Assembly (NCBI GenBank): GCA_963796455.1
Contig: CAWCLO010000002.1
Span: 32,001 to 96,000, forward strand
DNA length: 64,000 nucleotides
Direction: 5' to 3'
DNA from: Candidatus Sulfomarinibacteraceae bacterium
GTDB taxonomy: Bacteria > Acidobacteriota > Thermoanaerobaculia > Thermoanaerobaculales > Sulfomarinibacteraceae
Positions 61,276-64,000 of this stretch are shown here, piece after piece; position 1 is the first letter of the stretch; each line of letters begins with the position of its first letter. The position numbers and the translations under genes were made by a program. Under the pieces are notes generated by a model. It saw only the letters and a list, made by a program, of their open reading frames with translations. It was not told where the DNA came from and searched no databases.

Positions 61276-63429
61276 TTGAAATCCATGTTGCACATGGTCA
61301 TTGTCTTCTTGATCATCTCGGCTCCCGTGTGGGCCGGTGAACCAACCCGGGATGACGATAAGAAACCTGCGATTCCGGAAGCGGATGCTGCAGCCGATAA
61401 TCCGGGTGATCCTGGCAAGGCGCCGACCGTTCGCGCCTCTATCGACGTCACTGCCAGGCTCCCGGATTCACCTGCGGTCACCGTGCTCGGAGGTGATCGA
61501 TTGGACAACCTACCGCCAAAGGACGCCGGTGATCTTCTCCGGGTGGCGCCGGGTGTGAGCTCCGGCCGCATGGGCGGCCACGGTCTCGATCCTCGGGTGC
61601 GAGGTCTTGGTGAGGGCAGCATCCGGATCCTGCTCGACGGTGCCGAAATCCACGGCGGGTGTCCGAACCGGATGGATCCACCCTCGTCCTTTGCCGCCGT
61701 CGAAGCATTTGATCGAGTGACTGTGGTCCGGGGTGTCCAGACCCTGCGTTACGGCACCGCGGTCGGCACGGTGCTTTTTGAAAAGGATCCCGTGCGCTTT
61801 CTCGACGACAGCTGGTGGCGGGCCGGCGTCAACCTGGCGGGAGGCACCTACAACAACGGCCCGGCGATCGGTGTCAATGCTTCATTCGGAAGCTCGAAGT
61901 TTTCGGTCGAGGCCGGTGGTGACCAACTGAATATGGAGAGCTACTCCGACGGTGACGGTGAGGTCGTGCCCTCGGCCTACGACAGCCGCAACGCTTCCCT
62001 GGCCCTTGGTTGGACCCCGGATGCGATGACCTCCCTCAGCATTTCCTACCAGGCCAACCGAACCCGGGATGCACTCTATGCCGGAGCAGGCATGGACAGT
62101 CCTTTCTCGGACAACGATGCGATCCGGCTCAAGTTCCGGCGTGGAGCGGGGTCCGGTGTGCTCGGCGAGATTGCCGCCGATGTCTATCGCAGCGATGTGA
62201 AACACCTGATGGACAATTATTCGTTGCGGGAGTGGACGGCGCCGATGGCGATGCGAGCTCCCAGCACCTCCGACTCCACGGGCGGCCGAATCTGGAGCGA
62301 CCTTGTTGTTGCACCAAAGCTGGAACTCACCGTAGGCCTCGATATCGCTCGCAACCAGAGGCAGGCACTGCGTTTTGCCGGACCCAACCCCGGCACGGTC
62401 GAGATGCTGCAATCGGTGTTGTGGCCTGATGTGGACCTCAATCAAGGTGGTTTGCTGCTCGAGGGCGCCTATCTTTTGCGCGGCAACAGCAGGCTTCGCT
62501 TTGGTCTGCGTGGCGATCGCCATTCGGCGTCAGCCGCCGCCGCGGATCTCAAACCCGCTGGGATGAACCTGACCCCGCGGGCGCTCTGGGAGAGCTACTA
62601 CGAATTGGTGGATGACCGCTGGGACAAGACTGCCCTGGGTGGTTTCGTCCGGTGGGAACAGCAGTTGGAAGAAACCGGTTTCGGGTTCTTTGTCGGTCTG
62701 AGCCGGACCGCCCGCGCGGCCGACACCACCCAGCGCTATATGGCGGCCAACAGCGGCAACCCGGGGCTGCGCTGGATCGGCAACCCGAATCTCGATGCGG
62801 CCGTTCACAACCAACTCGATGCGGGTCTGAGCTGGTCCGGCCCCAAGCACACCGCGGATGTCACTGTATTTTTTGACGATGTGGAAGACGAGATCCTGCG
62901 CGACCGGGCGCACGGACAGGATGGCATCCTCAAGAATGACAACGCCACCATCTATCGCAACATCGAGGCCAGACGAACAGGTGTGGAACTCGTGGCCCAA
63001 TGGCGATTGGGCTCCGGGGTCACCCTCGGTGGTGATGCCGCGTTTGTGTATGCGCAGAACACGACCGACGACCGGCCCATCGCGCAGACGCCGCCCTTCG
63101 AGGGCAGCCTCTTCGCCGGCTGGTCGAGTGCCATCTTGAGCGCCACGGGCACGGTGCGGTGGGCGTCCCTACAGACCCGGGTCGATGACAATCCTCTGAC
63201 CGGAAGTGGGCTCGACAGCGGCGAGACACCAGGGTGGGCGATCCTCGACCTTTCCGGGTCGTGGGACGCCGGGGCGGGTTTCAGGTTGATCGCCGGCATC
63301 GACAACACCTTCGACCGGACCTATGCGTACCACCTCAACCGCGACGATTTTTTCGACCCGGTGAGGATTCAGATCAACGAACCGGGGCGTACGTTCTGGC
63401 TTCGTGTCGGATGGACCGGAGGCAACTGA
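61276..63429 (+). CDS. oprC: TonB-dependent copper receptor (OprC/NosA-like)
   Basis: GGCPNRMDPP copper motif, HLMDNYSLR, INEPGRTFW; Met-rich; strong RBS before TTG. Confidence 0.88.
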   Translation: MKSMLHMVIVFLIISAPVWAGEPTRDDDKKPAIPEADAAADNPGDPGKAPTVRASIDVTARLPDSPAVTVLGGDRLDNLPPKDAGDLLRVAPGVSSGRMGGHGLDPRVRGLGEGSIRILLDGAEIHGGCPNRMDPPSSFAAVEAFDRVTVVRGVQTLRYGTAVGTVLFEKDPVRFLDDSWWRAGVNLAGGTYNNGPAIGVNASFGSSKFSVEAGGDQLNMESYSDGDGEVVPSAYDSRNASLALGWTPDAMTSLSISYQANRTRDALYAGAGMDSPFSDNDAIRLKFRRGAGSGVLGEIAADVYRSDVKHLMDNYSLREWTAPMAMRAPSTSDSTGGRIWSDLVVAPKLELTVGLDIARNQRQALRFAGPNPGTVEMLQSVLWPDVDLNQGGLLLEGAYLLRGNSRLRFGLRGDRHSASAAAADLKPAGMNLTPRALWESYYELVDDRWDKTALGGFVRWEQQLEETGFGFFVGLSRTARAADTTQRYMAANSGNPGLRWIGNPNLDAAVHNQLDAGLSWSGPKHTADVTVFFDDVEDEILRDRAHGQDGILKNDNATIYRNIEARRTGVELVAQWRLGSGVTLGGDAAFVYAQNTTDDRPIAQTPPFEGSLFAGWSSAILSATGTVRWASLQTRVDDNPLTGSGLDSGETPGWAILDLSGSWDAGAGFRLIAGIDNTFDRTYAYHLNRDDFFDPVRIQINEPGRTFWLRVGWTGGN

Positions 63430-63438
63430 GCATCCGAA

Positions 63439-64000
63439 TCACATCGGAAAAAAGGCCACCAACAGACCGATGATGGAGAAGAGAATCAGAAAGGGGACGA
63501 AGTAGAAACCGACCACATCGCGGGCCTGGATCTTCAGGCCCACGCCCATCACCGGCAGGACGATCAGCAAGAAAAATGGTTGCAGCAAATTGGTCAGCGA
63601 CTCGCCATATGCCACGGACATCGCGACCCGCGCGACATGGGCGTTGAGAGCCTCAGCGGTCGTGGCCCCCGACAGCTCGCGGGCGGCCTCCACGAGCGGC
63701 GGCCCGATGACCGCCCACTCTCCGCCGGCCGAAGGAATCGAGAAATTGACCGCTCCGCCCAGGAGGAACGCCGCCACGGGCAAGGTCTTGAGAGTTACCA
63801 CCGAAGCCATCCATGCTGCGATCGCCTTGCCCAGGCCGGTAGCCATCATGATCCCCATGATGCCGGCATAAAAGGGGTACTGGAATACAATTCCCGAAAT
63901 ATTGGCGCAGGCACGGCCCATGACCACGACGTAGCGTATCGGGGTGCGGTGGAGCATCATGCCGAAGATCAGGAACATGAAGATCATGAGGTTGAGGTTG
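63439..64000 (-). CDS. atoE: Short-chain fatty acid transporter AtoE (TIGR00366), C-terminal part
   Basis: QYPFYAGIMG, NFSIPSAGGEWAV.GP, AYGE.LTNL.QPF. Confidence 0.88.
   Translation of the reverse strand, partial: NLNLMIFMFLIFGMMLHRTPIRYVVVMGRACANISGIVFQYPFYAGIMGIMMATGLGKAIAAWMASVVTLKTLPVAAFLLGGAVNFSIPSAGGEWAVIGPPLVEAARELSGATTAEALNAHVARVAMSVAYGESLTNLLQPFFLLIVLPVMGVGLKIQARDVVGFYFVPFLILFSIIGLLVAFFPM

Overview
High-GC bacterial chromosomal window. Gene content and C-terminal (I/V)FxxGF(E/D)SG..W motifs suggest Acidobacteriota/Thermoanaerobaculia; this is an inference. I found no rRNA, tRNA, CRISPR array, transposase or reverse transcriptase. From left to right the window holds: two tandem paralogous giant secreted proteins, one of about 2,900 aa with DUF11-like repeats and a C25 gingipain-like domain, both heavily frameshifted; a Spy/CpxP-like gene; an FeS-type photolyase operon with an AF1514-like protein, ABC transporter and lipocalin; a glycosyltransferase; DUF523/DUF1722; a Tat-exported PLP enzyme; archease-rtcB; a czcCBA-like RND pump with an SmtB-type operator; a signalling cluster (divergent RelA/SpoT-fold protein, PhnD-like membrane-anchored binder, Ser/Thr kinase-PAP2 fusion); an FG-GAP protein; two Zn-ribbon proteins; lipoprotein-MMPL-LolA; heme oxygenase with a small upstream ORF and Fur-like box; a cNMP/AAA/4Fe-4S fusion; kefF/kefC; malonyl-CoA decarboxylase; a third DUF11 surface protein; an RGPP-motif leader upstream of an OprC-like copper TonB receptor; and atoE. 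The strongest candidate for a new system is a family of small repeat-armed cassettes. One intact copy (about 0.9 kb) carries an Avd/IVP-like four-helix-bundle gene whose RBS is locked in a long hairpin. Three internally deleted or remnant copies also occur, all in gaps between convergent genes and with no mobilising enzyme in the window. The second candidate is the RelA/SpoT-like signalling cluster.
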